The translations under genes were made by a program, and so were the position numbers. Positions 9,747 through 19,133 of a stretch of DNA of 64,000 nt are shown here, in pieces (the first letter of the stretch is position 1; every line of letters begins with the position of its first letter). The notes beneath the pieces were generated by a model that saw nothing but the letters and a program-made list of their open reading frames with translations, searched no databases and was not told the DNA's origin. This DNA is from an uncultured Pseudomonadales bacterium. GTDB lineage: Bacteria > Patescibacteriota > Microgenomatia > UBA1400 > PJMF01. The stretch is from assembly GCA_964633875.1 (NCBI GenBank), contig CAZWKL010000006.1:19144-83143 (forward strand), written 5' to 3'.

Positions 9747-11615
9747 TTATTGGTGTATCATCAGCCCAATCTCTTTTAAAGAAGTAGCCTGATCCCATTT
9801 TTTGTCATCTCTGAACTTAATTAGCCTGGGAAAACGCAGCGCCACGCCGGCTGTATGCAAAGGAGATTTAGTGATTTCATCAGCGGCTATTTCCACCACT
9901 TGTTCAGGCGATACCCAAACGTCCGGTCGCAACTCTTTGGGAACTTGGTATTGAAAGGGCTTCTTGGTGGTTGCCAAATTATCCGCGCGGTTTTTCATTT
10001 CCCGGAACTGCTCATCGGTGAGACCGGTGCCAATTTTGGCAATGGTTTTGATTTCATTCTCATCATCCAGAGTGCCAACTAAAAACGCGCCAATTCCAAA
10101 GGCCGATCTTTTCCCTCTGCCAAAATAGTAACCCATCACTACCAAATCCAGCGTATCGGACAGCATGCCTGATGTACCCTCGGATTCTTTAATTTTAATC
10201 CAGCGCCAGCCCTTGCGACCACTTTGGTAATTGCCTGCGACTTTTTTTACCACCGCTCCTTCCAGTCCTTCGCTCAAAAATTGCTGGTGAAGCCGGCGTA
10301 CTTCTACCGGATCATCAGTTATTACCGCCGGAGTTGGCTGCAAAATCTCGTTTTTTTCAATCAGCTTTTCCAGCCTTTTTCGGCGCTGTTGCATCTCCTC
10401 ATCAATCAGCGGAGTGCTGTCTATTTTCAGCACATCAAAAACGTAAAATCTAATCGGCACAGTTTCCATAGCCGTATCGATATTATGTTTTCTTTTTCTG
10501 GTGATAGTTTGTTGGAATGGCAATAGTTTACCGCTTTTGGGATCATAACCAATCGCTTCGCCGTCAAGAATGCAGCGGTCGCAGTTGAGGTATTGACCAA
10601 TGCTTTCCAGTTCCGGAAACATGTGAGAAACATTTTCCAGATTTCTGGTAAAGGCTGTAATTTGGTCGGGAAGGGTGGTTTGATTGTCGGCATCTTGGCT
10701 GCCTCGGCCACGAATAAAATGTACTTGCACCCTCAAACCGTCATATTTAGGCTCAACTATGACTTGACCCATTTTGTCGATGATTTCTTGAGCGGAATTA
10801 AGCCGCTGAGTCAGCGCCGGCACTACCGGCACTCCGACTTCAACCGTGTATTGTTCCAGCAATTTTTTGGCGTCGGCTTCGGTTTGCAGTTCATCTTTAT
10901 GAGCCAGGTAAAATTTTGCCAATCCTCCGGCATCAGCGCGTTTTTGGTAGGCAGCTTCCAATAAATTCCGGTGATTTTTGCCACCAGTCACAGCCCACGA
11001 CAACGAATCCAAAATTGTCATCGTGGAAAACCCCAATCTCAACTTGCCTAAAATAATTCTCACTACGTATTTAGCGGCTACCGGCTCCAATTGGCTTAGT
11101 AACCCCACCAACTTAGCCACTTTTTGTTCTTGTGAGCCGGCGCCGGCATATTTAGCAATAACCGTCAACTCATCATAAACTTTTTGGAGGGACAAATTAT
11201 CGGTAATTGGTTTCGTTTGAGCAATCACATTATAAGCAGTAATTCCCAAATCTCCTTCTTTTTTGAACAATTCTGTTACTTTTTCTACGGCGCTGGTGGC
11301 TGCTTCTACTGTTTCTATTGTTTCCAAATTTCCTGCGTCGTCGCCAAACAAACCCTGATTGTTGTTTTCCACTTTTGCCAAATCTAATTCTTGCGGCCAC
11401 AAACGCGCTAAAGCTCTAATCACCATCTTGTTGGAAAGCTGAAACTCCAGCGACTGATATGACGGCACCAAGCTGCCTTGCATTAAGTAAGTAGCAATTT
11501 CTATTTCCGCGGTGGGAAGTTTTGAGTACAGTTCGGCCAATTTTTCGGTCATGATCAACCGAGAACTGACCTGCTCTAAATCTTCTAAATACTGGGCAAA
11601 AGTAAGGAATTGCAT
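9747..11615 (-). CDS. ATP-dependent DNA ligase with long N-terminal extension
   Basis: Adenylation motif I KYDGLRVQVH (KxDGxR); further nucleotidyltransferase motifs and a C-terminal OB region; 622 aa. Confidence 0.75.
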   Translation of the reverse strand: MQFLTFAQYLEDLEQVSSRLIMTEKLAELYSKLPTAEIEIATYLMQGSLVPSYQSLEFQLSNKMVIRALARLWPQELDLAKVENNNQGLFGDDAGNLETIETVEAATSAVEKVTELFKKEGDLGITAYNVIAQTKPITDNLSLQKVYDELTVIAKYAGAGSQEQKVAKLVGLLSQLEPVAAKYVVRIILGKLRLGFSTMTILDSLSWAVTGGKNHRNLLEAAYQKRADAGGLAKFYLAHKDELQTEADAKKLLEQYTVEVGVPVVPALTQRLNSAQEIIDKMGQVIVEPKYDGLRVQVHFIRGRGSQDADNQTTLPDQITAFTRNLENVSHMFPELESIGQYLNCDRCILDGEAIGYDPKSGKLLPFQQTITRKRKHNIDTAMETVPIRFYVFDVLKIDSTPLIDEEMQQRRKRLEKLIEKNEILQPTPAVITDDPVEVRRLHQQFLSEGLEGAVVKKVAGNYQSGRKGWRWIKIKESEGTSGMLSDTLDLVVMGYYFGRGKRSAFGIGAFLVGTLDDENEIKTIAKIGTGLTDEQFREMKNRADNLATTKKPFQYQVPKELRPDVWVSPEQVVEIAADEITKSPLHTAGVALRFPRLIKFRDDKKWDQATSLKEIGLMIHQ

Positions 11616-11630
11616 GCTGCTAGTGTATCA

Positions 11631-12722
11631 CTATTCAAGCAGTGAATACGTAACACCCTTAGTCACTCCGCGTTTCTTAATCACCCCTTTTTGAATCAAG
11701 TCTTTGACATCCCGCAAGATTGTGTCCACCGAAATGTTGGGCAGTACCCGCTGCATGTCATCGGAGGTAGCCGACTGTTGTTGTTGAAACAACTCCAACA
11801 AAAGAATCTGCCGTTCAGACAGGGCCACCTGCTCTCCCAGCTGCTTTTTGAGCTTGAGGTCTTGGGAAAGTTTGAGCACCTGCTGTTTGACTTTGTCGAT
11901 CTCAATAGCCAGACCATAGCAAAAATACTCCAGCCAGTAGGTGAGGTCTTGCTCGGCGGTTTGCTGGGCGGAAAGCAGCGCTTGGTAGTAGGCGTCAACA
12001 TCGCTGTCGAAGTACTGTTCGATGGAAAAAAAGCGCTTGAAATCGTAGCCAAGCGTGTAGAGAAGGAGCGTAGCCATGGCCCGGGCGGTGCGGCCATTGC
12101 CCTCAATAAACGGGTGGATATAGACCAACTGGTAGTGGGCAATGGCCGCCCGCAACACCGGGTGGGCCAACTTAACTTCATCGCCATGCGCCCAAGCAAA
12201 AAAATCAGTAATCAAGTAAGGAATCTCCACCGAAACCGGCGGCCGAAAAACCACCCCGCCGCCAGTAGCGCTGCGGACAATCACCTGCTTCTCACGGTAA
12301 CTGCCCTGATACTCCGGGTCAACCAAGCCCTGCACCGTCAGTTTGTGAACGGTTTTGAGCGTGTCTTCCGTGAAAACCTTACCAAAGTCCGGATTTCTTT
12401 GCGCGTCAATCCAATTAATGACGCTGCGATAATTGATCACCTCCTGAATGTCGCGCTCACGAGCCATAATACCGGTACGCTTAACCACCTCGTGAGTATC
12501 GGTGGTGTCAGTCATCCGCACCACCTGCATGGCTTGAGCTTCAGTCAAGTCGTTGCCTTCAATTTTGGTGCCAAAGTGAACCGTTCTGTTGATAGCATCA
12601 TCCCGGAACTTGGCTTCCCAAGCAGGCACCAGCGGCGCGTTCTCAATCAGCGCCTTAGCCGACTCAATTTTGGTAATGTAGGTGAGTAGATTGTTGGTAA
12701 TTGAGTATTGCGGCTGATACAT
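11631..12722 (-). CDS. Fic family protein (AMPylase/phosphotransferase-like) with C-terminal winged-helix domain
   Basis: Canonical Fic motif HPFIEGNGRTARAMATLLL. An N-terminal FGTKIEGN segment resembles the class II inhibitory xIEGN motif. Confidence 0.8.
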   Translation of the reverse strand: MYQPQYSITNNLLTYITKIESAKALIENAPLVPAWEAKFRDDAINRTVHFGTKIEGNDLTEAQAMQVVRMTDTTDTHEVVKRTGIMARERDIQEVINYRSVINWIDAQRNPDFGKVFTEDTLKTVHKLTVQGLVDPEYQGSYREKQVIVRSATGGGVVFRPPVSVEIPYLITDFFAWAHGDEVKLAHPVLRAAIAHYQLVYIHPFIEGNGRTARAMATLLLYTLGYDFKRFFSIEQYFDSDVDAYYQALLSAQQTAEQDLTYWLEYFCYGLAIEIDKVKQQVLKLSQDLKLKKQLGEQVALSERQILLLELFQQQQSATSDDMQRVLPNISVDTILRDVKDLIQKGVIKKRGVTKGVTYSLLE

Positions 12723-12776
12723 ACTAATACTAAGTATAACGCTATTCTTGCAAAATTTGCAGGGATAATTAATAAT

Positions 12777-12805
12777 TTGACAGCAGGCAGTTTTTGGAAT
12801 ATACT
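12777..12805 (+). promoter_or_regulatory. sigma70-type promoter TTGACA-17-TATACT upstream of the AbrB-like gene
   Basis: Perfect -35 TTGACA (12777-12782), 17-bp spacer, then TATACT (12800-12805). Confidence 0.55.
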
Positions 12806-12828
12806 ACGAAAGTTGGAAAGTTAGAATT

Positions 12829-13014
12829 ATGGAAAATCAAACCATCATTAAAGTCCAGAACAAAGGCTTAATTACTCTGCCAAAAAATATCCGCCAAGAG
12901 CTTGGCATTGTTGAGCAAGCATATGTCCAGATCATTACTAAAAAGGGCAAAGCCATTATTGAACCTGTCAGCATTTTGCCCTATTCCGTTCGCTCTTACA
13001 CTGATAAGGATTAG
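12829..13014 (+). CDS. AbrB/MazE/SpoVT-type DNA-binding protein
   Basis: 61 aa with a looped-hinge-helix-like KGLITLPKNIRQELGI segment; preceded by a consensus promoter and an RBS (ggaaag). Confidence 0.55.
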   Translation: MENQTIIKVQNKGLITLPKNIRQELGIVEQAYVQIITKKGKAIIEPVSILPYSVRSYTDKD

Positions 13015-13110
13015 TGCTTGCCTTAGCGAGTTTGGTGAAAGAATTTGATATTATAAGTCCGGGAGGATTATTAAAGAAAGTGCGGGCAATTTGAGCCTGA
13101 AGTTAAGTTT

Positions 13111-13437
13111 ATGTCAAAAATTCAAACACCAGAAAGAATCGGCGAATTGCCGCTTTCCGTAGTTAAAAATATGATCACTTTGGCCACCAGCGGTTTTGGT
13201 TTGGTGGTGGCTTTAGCCTGGAATGAGTTTATTAGAAACTTTGTCGACACCTACATCAACCCCTACTTGGGTAAAGAGGGCGGCACGGTTTCTCTGCTCA
13301 TTTATGCGGTAGTGATGACCTTGGTGGCGGTTTTGATTACTATGCAACTTACCGGCGTGCAGAGAAAGCTCGAACGGCTCAACGAAGTGGTGGGCGAAAC
13401 TGCCAAACCCAAGAAAAGTCAGAAAAAGACGCTTTAA
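13111..13437 (+). CDS. small two-helix membrane protein, hypothetical
   Basis: 108 aa with two hydrophobic helices and a basic C-terminus. Confidence 0.4.
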   Translation: MSKIQTPERIGELPLSVVKNMITLATSGFGLVVALAWNEFIRNFVDTYINPYLGKEGGTVSLLIYAVVMTLVAVLITMQLTGVQRKLERLNEVVGETAKPKKSQKKTL

Positions 13438-13441
13438 TTTC

Positions 13442-14410
13442 ATGTCAAGATCAAAAGTTGAAGTCGAAACTGCGCCAGTGGGCAAGTTTGAATACGCGGC
13501 TTTATTCGCACGGGCTTTGATGGCTCTACCCCGACTGCTGGCAGAACAAAAGTTGCCGCCCAAACTGCACCGGCCTTTTCAAACCCTGCCGGAGTTGCGG
13601 CAGGTGTTGATTCAAGAGGAAGCGGCGGTGCGGTCGATTTATGAATCTCTCAAGGAAAAGAAAATCGCCCTGGCGGGTTTGGAGCATTTTCCGGCATTGG
13701 CGGAGCATTTGCAAAACGGCGGCAAATTGTTTTTCCTCGGACCCCACTGGAGCGTGGTAGACATTATGGCGTTTGAGCTGGCGTTGGAACAGTTACGGGC
13801 GGTTAACCCGGAACAGCAGGAAGTCATTAACTTCTACGTGCCCACTTCTTCCAAGTTTTATGATGCTCGTCTGGGTACTTTGGGCGCTTTACTTAATTTA
13901 TTTGCTATTTCCCCCTTACCGGTGATTCAACCCGGAGACAAAAATTTTACCGAAAAAGAGGCCAGTGACAGAAACATGCAAACTTATCGGCAAATTATTA
14001 CTGCTCTCAAAAATCCCGGGCAAGCGGTGGGTTTTTTTCCTCAAACTACTCGTAATATTGGTCAGGCCACCACGCAGAAAGCTTACGAAGAAACGATGGC
14101 GATTATTAGGGGTAAATGGCGGGATGAAAATACGCTGGTGGTGCCTTTCGCGGTTCATGGCGCTTATGAAGTGGCCGGTAAGGGCAGAATTCCGGATTTG
14201 CGCCATCATTTGACTATTCAGTACTGCCCGCCCATCACTTATCCGCGGCTTGAGCAGCTTGCGGCTGAGTTGGGGGTGGGTCACGCAGAGGTGCCGGTGA
14301 TTATTGGTTTGGCTACCATGCCGCGGCAGTATTGGGGCATTTATGAGGAGGCGGTGGAGGGATATTTGCAGTTACAACAGTTTGTCAGCGGGGCAGGTGG
14401 GAAAAAATAG
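13442..14410 (+). CDS. lysophospholipid acyltransferase-like protein (PlsC/LPLAT superfamily)
   Basis: HxxxxD motif (GPHWSVVD) and an FFPQTTR block resembling the FPEGTR acyltransferase block. Confidence 0.45.
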   Translation: MSRSKVEVETAPVGKFEYAALFARALMALPRLLAEQKLPPKLHRPFQTLPELRQVLIQEEAAVRSIYESLKEKKIALAGLEHFPALAEHLQNGGKLFFLGPHWSVVDIMAFELALEQLRAVNPEQQEVINFYVPTSSKFYDARLGTLGALLNLFAISPLPVIQPGDKNFTEKEASDRNMQTYRQIITALKNPGQAVGFFPQTTRNIGQATTQKAYEETMAIIRGKWRDENTLVVPFAVHGAYEVAGKGRIPDLRHHLTIQYCPPITYPRLEQLAAELGVGHAEVPVIIGLATMPRQYWGIYEEAVEGYLQLQQFVSGAGGKK

Positions 14411-14417
14411 GGCAAGT

Positions 14418-15536
14418 TTATTTAAATTCCTCCAGAACAGAGCCAACAAAACGGAAAATTTTGCTATCCGTGGTTTGGGCAGCAATCTCCAACGCCACTT
14501 TTTCATCAATGGTAGTCACCAGTGACTGATAATCTTGGACCGCGGCCAGAGCCAGCTTTTTGCTATCTTTATCTAGTTCGGAAAGAATGTCGTCGAGTAG
14601 CAGCAGCGGTTTGTCGTTCAAAACAGCGGCGGCGTATTGGAGTTCGCAGAACTTCAGCCACAACACCGCCAGGCGCTGCTGGCCGCGCGAGCCGTAGGTA
14701 GCAATATCGCGATACTCACCTTCCATCGAAATGGTAATGTAGAAGTCATCTTTGTGCGGGCCGATGAGGGTGTGGCCAGCGGCAATTTCGCGGTTGGCGT
14801 ACTGGACCAAGCGTTCCGAGGAAATTACCGAAGGTTGATACTCGATGAGAAAGTTGACCGGAAATTTCACCTGGCGGAACTCTTGCAGTAGATCGCGCCG
14901 GTGTTGCTGCATCACTTGGCCGTGTTTGAGCAGGGAAAGATTCCAGTATTCCAGAGTGGTTTTGGGCTGTTCGCCGTCGCGAATTTGAGCGAGGAGTTTG
15001 TTGCGGCGCCGCAGCACTTTTTCATACTCGCCGGCGGCTCTTGAGTACTCCTGATGTAAAGCAGCCAGCGGCGTGTCCAAAAAGCTGCGGCGCCTCCCCG
15101 GAGAACCCTCCACCAGCCGCATATCCTCCGGCCGAAAGACCACGGAATAAAACTTGCCCACGACGTCCTTTTGCCGTCGCCGAATATTATTAACCGAAAA
15201 CAGCCGCTTAGCCGTTTTTTTGCCCTGCACTTCGCCATGCGTCAAGACCGCTTCAATTTCATCAGTACCTGACTCACTATCAGCCAAATCGGCCACCACC
15301 ACTTTAATTCTCCCCAACTCCTCATCAAAACTAATGATCTCCTCAATCTTGCCGGCCCGAAAACTTTCGCCTGTAGCAATCAGCGCCAGCGCCTCCACAA
15401 TCGTGGTCTTACCGCTGGCGTTCGGACCCAAAATAACCGTAGTTTGTTGTGGCAGCTTCAGCGTCAAAGAAGCAATTTTGCGAATATTCTGCAGCGAAAC
15501 ACCATTAATTTTCATGCTGTGAGTATTGTATGCCAC
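14418..15536 (-). CDS. recF: DNA replication and repair protein RecF
   Basis: Walker A GPNASGKTT; SMC-like signature and Walker B LLLLDDILSELD; 372 aa. Confidence 0.85.
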   Translation of the reverse strand: MAYNTHSMKINGVSLQNIRKIASLTLKLPQQTTVILGPNASGKTTIVEALALIATGESFRAGKIEEIISFDEELGRIKVVVADLADSESGTDEIEAVLTHGEVQGKKTAKRLFSVNNIRRRQKDVVGKFYSVVFRPEDMRLVEGSPGRRRSFLDTPLAALHQEYSRAAGEYEKVLRRRNKLLAQIRDGEQPKTTLEYWNLSLLKHGQVMQQHRRDLLQEFRQVKFPVNFLIEYQPSVISSERLVQYANREIAAGHTLIGPHKDDFYITISMEGEYRDIATYGSRGQQRLAVLWLKFCELQYAAAVLNDKPLLLLDDILSELDKDSKKLALAAVQDYQSLVTTIDEKVALEIAAQTTDSKIFRFVGSVLEEFK

Positions 15537-15575
15537 CAGGTGAAAATAACCAAATCAGTTCTGGCCAGCAAAAAC

Positions 15576-17291
15576 TTACTTCTTTTCGATGTTGAAAAAA
15601 GCAAAGCTGCTCTGGGGAATGCGAAGGTTGCCGGGTGCCCTTAAATTAAAAGCTTTCTTAAATTCCGCTCCGCTCATGCTAATGCCGTTGATCGTGACTG
15701 TGCTAGTTGAACCATTGCTCTGCTTGACTGAAACGCTAGTGGCTGAAGAAATCCCACCATGTTTTTTGGCCACTTCACGAAGTTCGCTGTGGCTGTAGGG
15801 ATCGCCACCCCAGCAAGAAGTCGTCACTGGTGAAATCCGCTTAGCTTCATTCGATGAGCCTTTCTTGAGTACCAAGTGAGCATTGACAATATCAGCCATT
15901 TCTTCGGGACTGAGCCAGGGGTTAGAGCGGCCGCAAGTGCTGCCGCTACTGCTGTAGCCCTCACGCCACCAGGCTTTATACAGCCACGGTGAGCCACCGA
16001 TTTTGTCATAGGCTTTGTCGATAAAATTACTGCCGCCACTGCCATCAGTAGTATCCCAACCAATTGGCGAAGCATAACCACCGTGCGTGGAAGCATAGTA
16101 AGTAACCACATCTTCAAGTATTTTGCCCTTAGTATCTTTAACCGCCTGCTTCCAGGCTTCCGGCGGATTGTCTGATTTGGACTTGTTAAACACCTGGCAA
16201 GCTTCGGTAGTGCAAATTTCCTTGCCGTCTTTTTTATAACGGTAAGCATAGGTGCGAGCAGCCACTGCCTGGGCTTTGAGCGCTTCTTTGTCCCAACTCG
16301 AAGGCATTTCGGCAATGCCATAAAGATAATCGGTTTCAAAATCCATGCTGCCGTGACCTGCCACCTTAATGCTGCCGCCCGTATCCTTTTCTACCGGCTC
16401 TTTGCCGTAATAAGCCTTAAGAATTTGCTTGTAATCCTGGCCACTCTTGGCCCGACCGCGAGCGCCATACTGACTCATGCCCTTACGGTGAGTGTAACCG
16501 CCAAAAGAAAAGACTGCAAAGTGACCTCCCGGCGCCGACTCACGAAAGCCCTTGATCGAGGCGTAATAGTCATCGGCCAGTTCACTGTTACCAATCGAGG
16601 CAGTAAACCCACCACTCCTGGCATTAATAATCTCCTGCTGTCTGGCGGAAAGTTCAGCAATCTGGCCGGAAAGCACCTGCTGATAATCTTGAGCTTTAGC
16701 TATCTCACCCTTGAAAAAATCCGCCTGCTCATCAAGTTGCTTTTCCAGACTGGCCAGAGTGATTTGATTCTCTTCCAGCCTGGCCTTGTCGGCTTCCAGT
16801 TGGGCAATGTCGGCCCCAAGCGCCTGAATTAGTTTGTTGTCTTGAGCTTTGGCGGAATTCCGGTAGGCCAAGTCTTTAGTCAACTCCTTGGCGTCATCGC
16901 TGGAAAAAATCAGCAACAGCGGTGAAAAAATGCGCAAACGCTTGTACTGCACCGCGATTCGCTTGGAAAGTACCTGGTATTGATAAGTCATGTCGGCTTC
17001 CCGCTGAGTGATTTCCTCAGCCAACTGGGCGCTCTCGGCCCTGGCACTGGCAATGCCTGCCCGGGCGTTGGCAATCCGCTGCTCCAGGGTTTTTACTTCC
17101 TGCTCCAGCGGGGTAGTGGCCGCCTCAGACAAACTCTTGAGGTGGGCCAGATCGTCAATTTGCTTTTGCAGTTCCTTGACTTGGTCGGCTTGGGCAATAC
17201 CACTAGAAAATAAAAGCGCGCCACTAACCGCAAAGACCATCAGCAGAAGGCTGAGAAATATCAAGAGCTGCTTTTTTTTCAAGATATACAT
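15576..17291 (-). CDS. SpoIID/LytB-domain cell-wall protein with N-terminal signal/TM and long coiled-coil
   Basis: GMSQYGARGRA motif typical of the SpoIID/LytB family. N-terminal hydrophobic segment, then a 250-aa coiled-coil (Q/A/E/L-rich). Confidence 0.55.
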   Translation of the reverse strand: MYILKKKQLLIFLSLLLMVFAVSGALLFSSGIAQADQVKELQKQIDDLAHLKSLSEAATTPLEQEVKTLEQRIANARAGIASARAESAQLAEEITQREADMTYQYQVLSKRIAVQYKRLRIFSPLLLIFSSDDAKELTKDLAYRNSAKAQDNKLIQALGADIAQLEADKARLEENQITLASLEKQLDEQADFFKGEIAKAQDYQQVLSGQIAELSARQQEIINARSGGFTASIGNSELADDYYASIKGFRESAPGGHFAVFSFGGYTHRKGMSQYGARGRAKSGQDYKQILKAYYGKEPVEKDTGGSIKVAGHGSMDFETDYLYGIAEMPSSWDKEALKAQAVAARTYAYRYKKDGKEICTTEACQVFNKSKSDNPPEAWKQAVKDTKGKILEDVVTYYASTHGGYASPIGWDTTDGSGGSNFIDKAYDKIGGSPWLYKAWWREGYSSSGSTCGRSNPWLSPEEMADIVNAHLVLKKGSSNEAKRISPVTTSCWGGDPYSHSELREVAKKHGGISSATSVSVKQSNGSTSTVTINGISMSGAEFKKAFNLRAPGNLRIPQSSFAFFNIEKK

Positions 17292-17367
17292 AAATTTTGT
17301 TCTGGGCTATAATGACTTTCGCCTGCAAGCTTTGCCGAACCCAAGTATTTAGTTTACAATAAAACCA

Positions 17368-18561
17368 ATGTTTCAGAGGCGCGCCTTGCTACTAATTATC
17401 TTTATCATAGCACTTGCTGTCAGCATTGTGACACCCCCTGGTGTGCATGCGGCAGACAGCTGTGAAGACTTTGGTGTGTCAGCCGTGGTGGGTCTGGGGG
17501 GAGTATATCAACTGAACCAAATAAATTCTTTGGAGGTGTCCCTAAATGTTACTGAGCCAAATGAATATTATCTTAATATTTTTAGAGGTATACATTGGAG
17601 AGTGATTGAAACAGAAACAAAACTTCCTGATAGCTCAGGTAGATTATCTTTCTTAATTACTGATCCAAGAGCATTTAATCCTGTTGGTCAGGATTGGCTT
17701 TTTACCAAAACTGCAACGTATCATGTTACTCTTAAAAGGTCAGCAGACGCAAACGCTGTCTGCAAGCTTGGAACATACAAAATTGTTTCTGAAAGAAGCT
17801 GTGAAAATATTCTTATCTACACCGAAAGAGGGGGTCAAATGTGCTATGGTGGAGCGGGCACTCAGGGCTGTTTGGCAAAAGATGATGCATTAAAGATACA
17901 AGTAGTGGGAGTAAGAGATGGAATAGATTACTACCAAGATAGAGTAGATATACAAGTAAATGGAACTGGTGCGCCAGGCAATAAAAATAATATTCCACTT
18001 GATTCTTCTGGTAGCACGCAGGTGATCGAATATGGATCGCTAAGGGCTGGTCATTACAGAGTTGTTGTAGAAAAAGCCAGTATTCTGAATGGGTTAGATT
18101 TTTGTACAAAAGACTTTGTAATTAATGACAAGTGTACTGTCTGCCAAGAACAAGCCCCAGATCCTACCATACCGGGAGAAGGACCAGATGAGGTTGCTTT
18201 TCAACTCTGCCGGCAATTACCGGAAGGATCAGATGCATACAACAACTGTATTGAGTGCGCTGAAGGAGAAGAGGGTCAAGAGGGTGTCTGGACTGCAGTG
18301 GGCTGTATTAAAAGAGAGCCGGAATCAATTCTAGCTGAACTGCTAAGTATCGGCCTGACCACAGGTGGTGGAATAGCACTCTTAATGATTCTTGGAGCTG
18401 GTTTTATCTTCAGCACTTCTGCCGGTGATCCCAAGCGTGTTGATCAAGCAAAAGAACTAATAACCAGCGCCGTGATTGGTTTGATTTTTATAATTTTTTC
18501 AATCGCGATGCTTGAATTTATAGGCTTTACAGTACTAAAAATACCTGGTTTTGGAGGTTGA
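17368..18561 (+). CDS. VirB2/TrbC-like T4SS pilin-family protein with large Cys-rich ectodomain (paralog 1 of 11)
   Basis: Signal peptide; about 300-aa Cys-rich extracellular region; C-terminus SAGDPKRVDQAKELITSAVIGLIFIIFSIAML with two TM helices flanking a basic loop. Confidence 0.5.
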   Translation: MFQRRALLLIIFIIALAVSIVTPPGVHAADSCEDFGVSAVVGLGGVYQLNQINSLEVSLNVTEPNEYYLNIFRGIHWRVIETETKLPDSSGRLSFLITDPRAFNPVGQDWLFTKTATYHVTLKRSADANAVCKLGTYKIVSERSCENILIYTERGGQMCYGGAGTQGCLAKDDALKIQVVGVRDGIDYYQDRVDIQVNGTGAPGNKNNIPLDSSGSTQVIEYGSLRAGHYRVVVEKASILNGLDFCTKDFVINDKCTVCQEQAPDPTIPGEGPDEVAFQLCRQLPEGSDAYNNCIECAEGEEGQEGVWTAVGCIKREPESILAELLSIGLTTGGGIALLMILGAGFIFSTSAGDPKRVDQAKELITSAVIGLIFIIFSIAMLEFIGFTVLKIPGFGG

Positions 18562-19133
18562 AACCTATGAAATCTTATTTCAAATATTTTTTCATATTTT
18601 CAGTTCTGACAGCAATTGTGCTGTTCAAATCTCCTGATGTGTTAGCTGAATGTGGATATGGTGTTACAACAGCAACAGGAGATGCGTGTGATCTTCAAAA
18701 CGGCCAAACAAAAAGCTCCGGTTATTTTTACTGTGATGCCGACATGACTCTCTGTTGCACAAAAGCCAGTGAATGTCCGGCAGGTTCTGACCCAATGCCT
18801 GTCAGCCTTAGTCCATATCAAGGCCCCACAACAGAATTTTTCAACGCACTCAACCCTTTATACACTCATGGCAACCAAGAAAGCGCCACCCTCACCACTC
18901 CCGGGGCAGTGGTATCACGTGTCTTGCGTTACGCCCTGCCAATAGCCGGTATGATCCTCTTCGTCATGCTCTTGTGGGGAGGTTTTGAGATCCTGGTTGG
19001 TTCGGCTGGCAAGAAATCCCTGGATGCCGGCAAGCAAAGAATTACCGCCGCTTTTGTTGGCTTCATCCTACTGTTCGTTTCCTACTGGATTATGCAAATT
19101 CTTGAAATTATTTTTGGAATTTCCATCGTTTAG
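18558..19133 (+). CDS. VirB2/TrbC-like T4SS pilin-family protein (paralog 2 of 11)
   Basis: Signal peptide; Cys-rich N-domain; conserved C-terminus GSAGKKSLDAGKQRITAAFVGFILLFVSYWIM. Start overlaps the stop of paralog 1 (ATGA). Confidence 0.5.
   Translation: MKPMKSYFKYFFIFSVLTAIVLFKSPDVLAECGYGVTTATGDACDLQNGQTKSSGYFYCDADMTLCCTKASECPAGSDPMPVSLSPYQGPTTEFFNALNPLYTHGNQESATLTTPGAVVSRVLRYALPIAGMILFVMLLWGGFEILVGSAGKKSLDAGKQRITAAFVGFILLFVSYWIMQILEIIFGISIV

Noticed and set aside
11691-12689. 332-aa plus-strand ORF opposite the Fic gene
   Set aside because: The minus-strand frame carries the unambiguous Fic motif HPFIEGNGRTAR. The antisense ORF is low-complexity (L/R/G/V-rich), as is typical of reverse frames in GC-moderate coding DNA.
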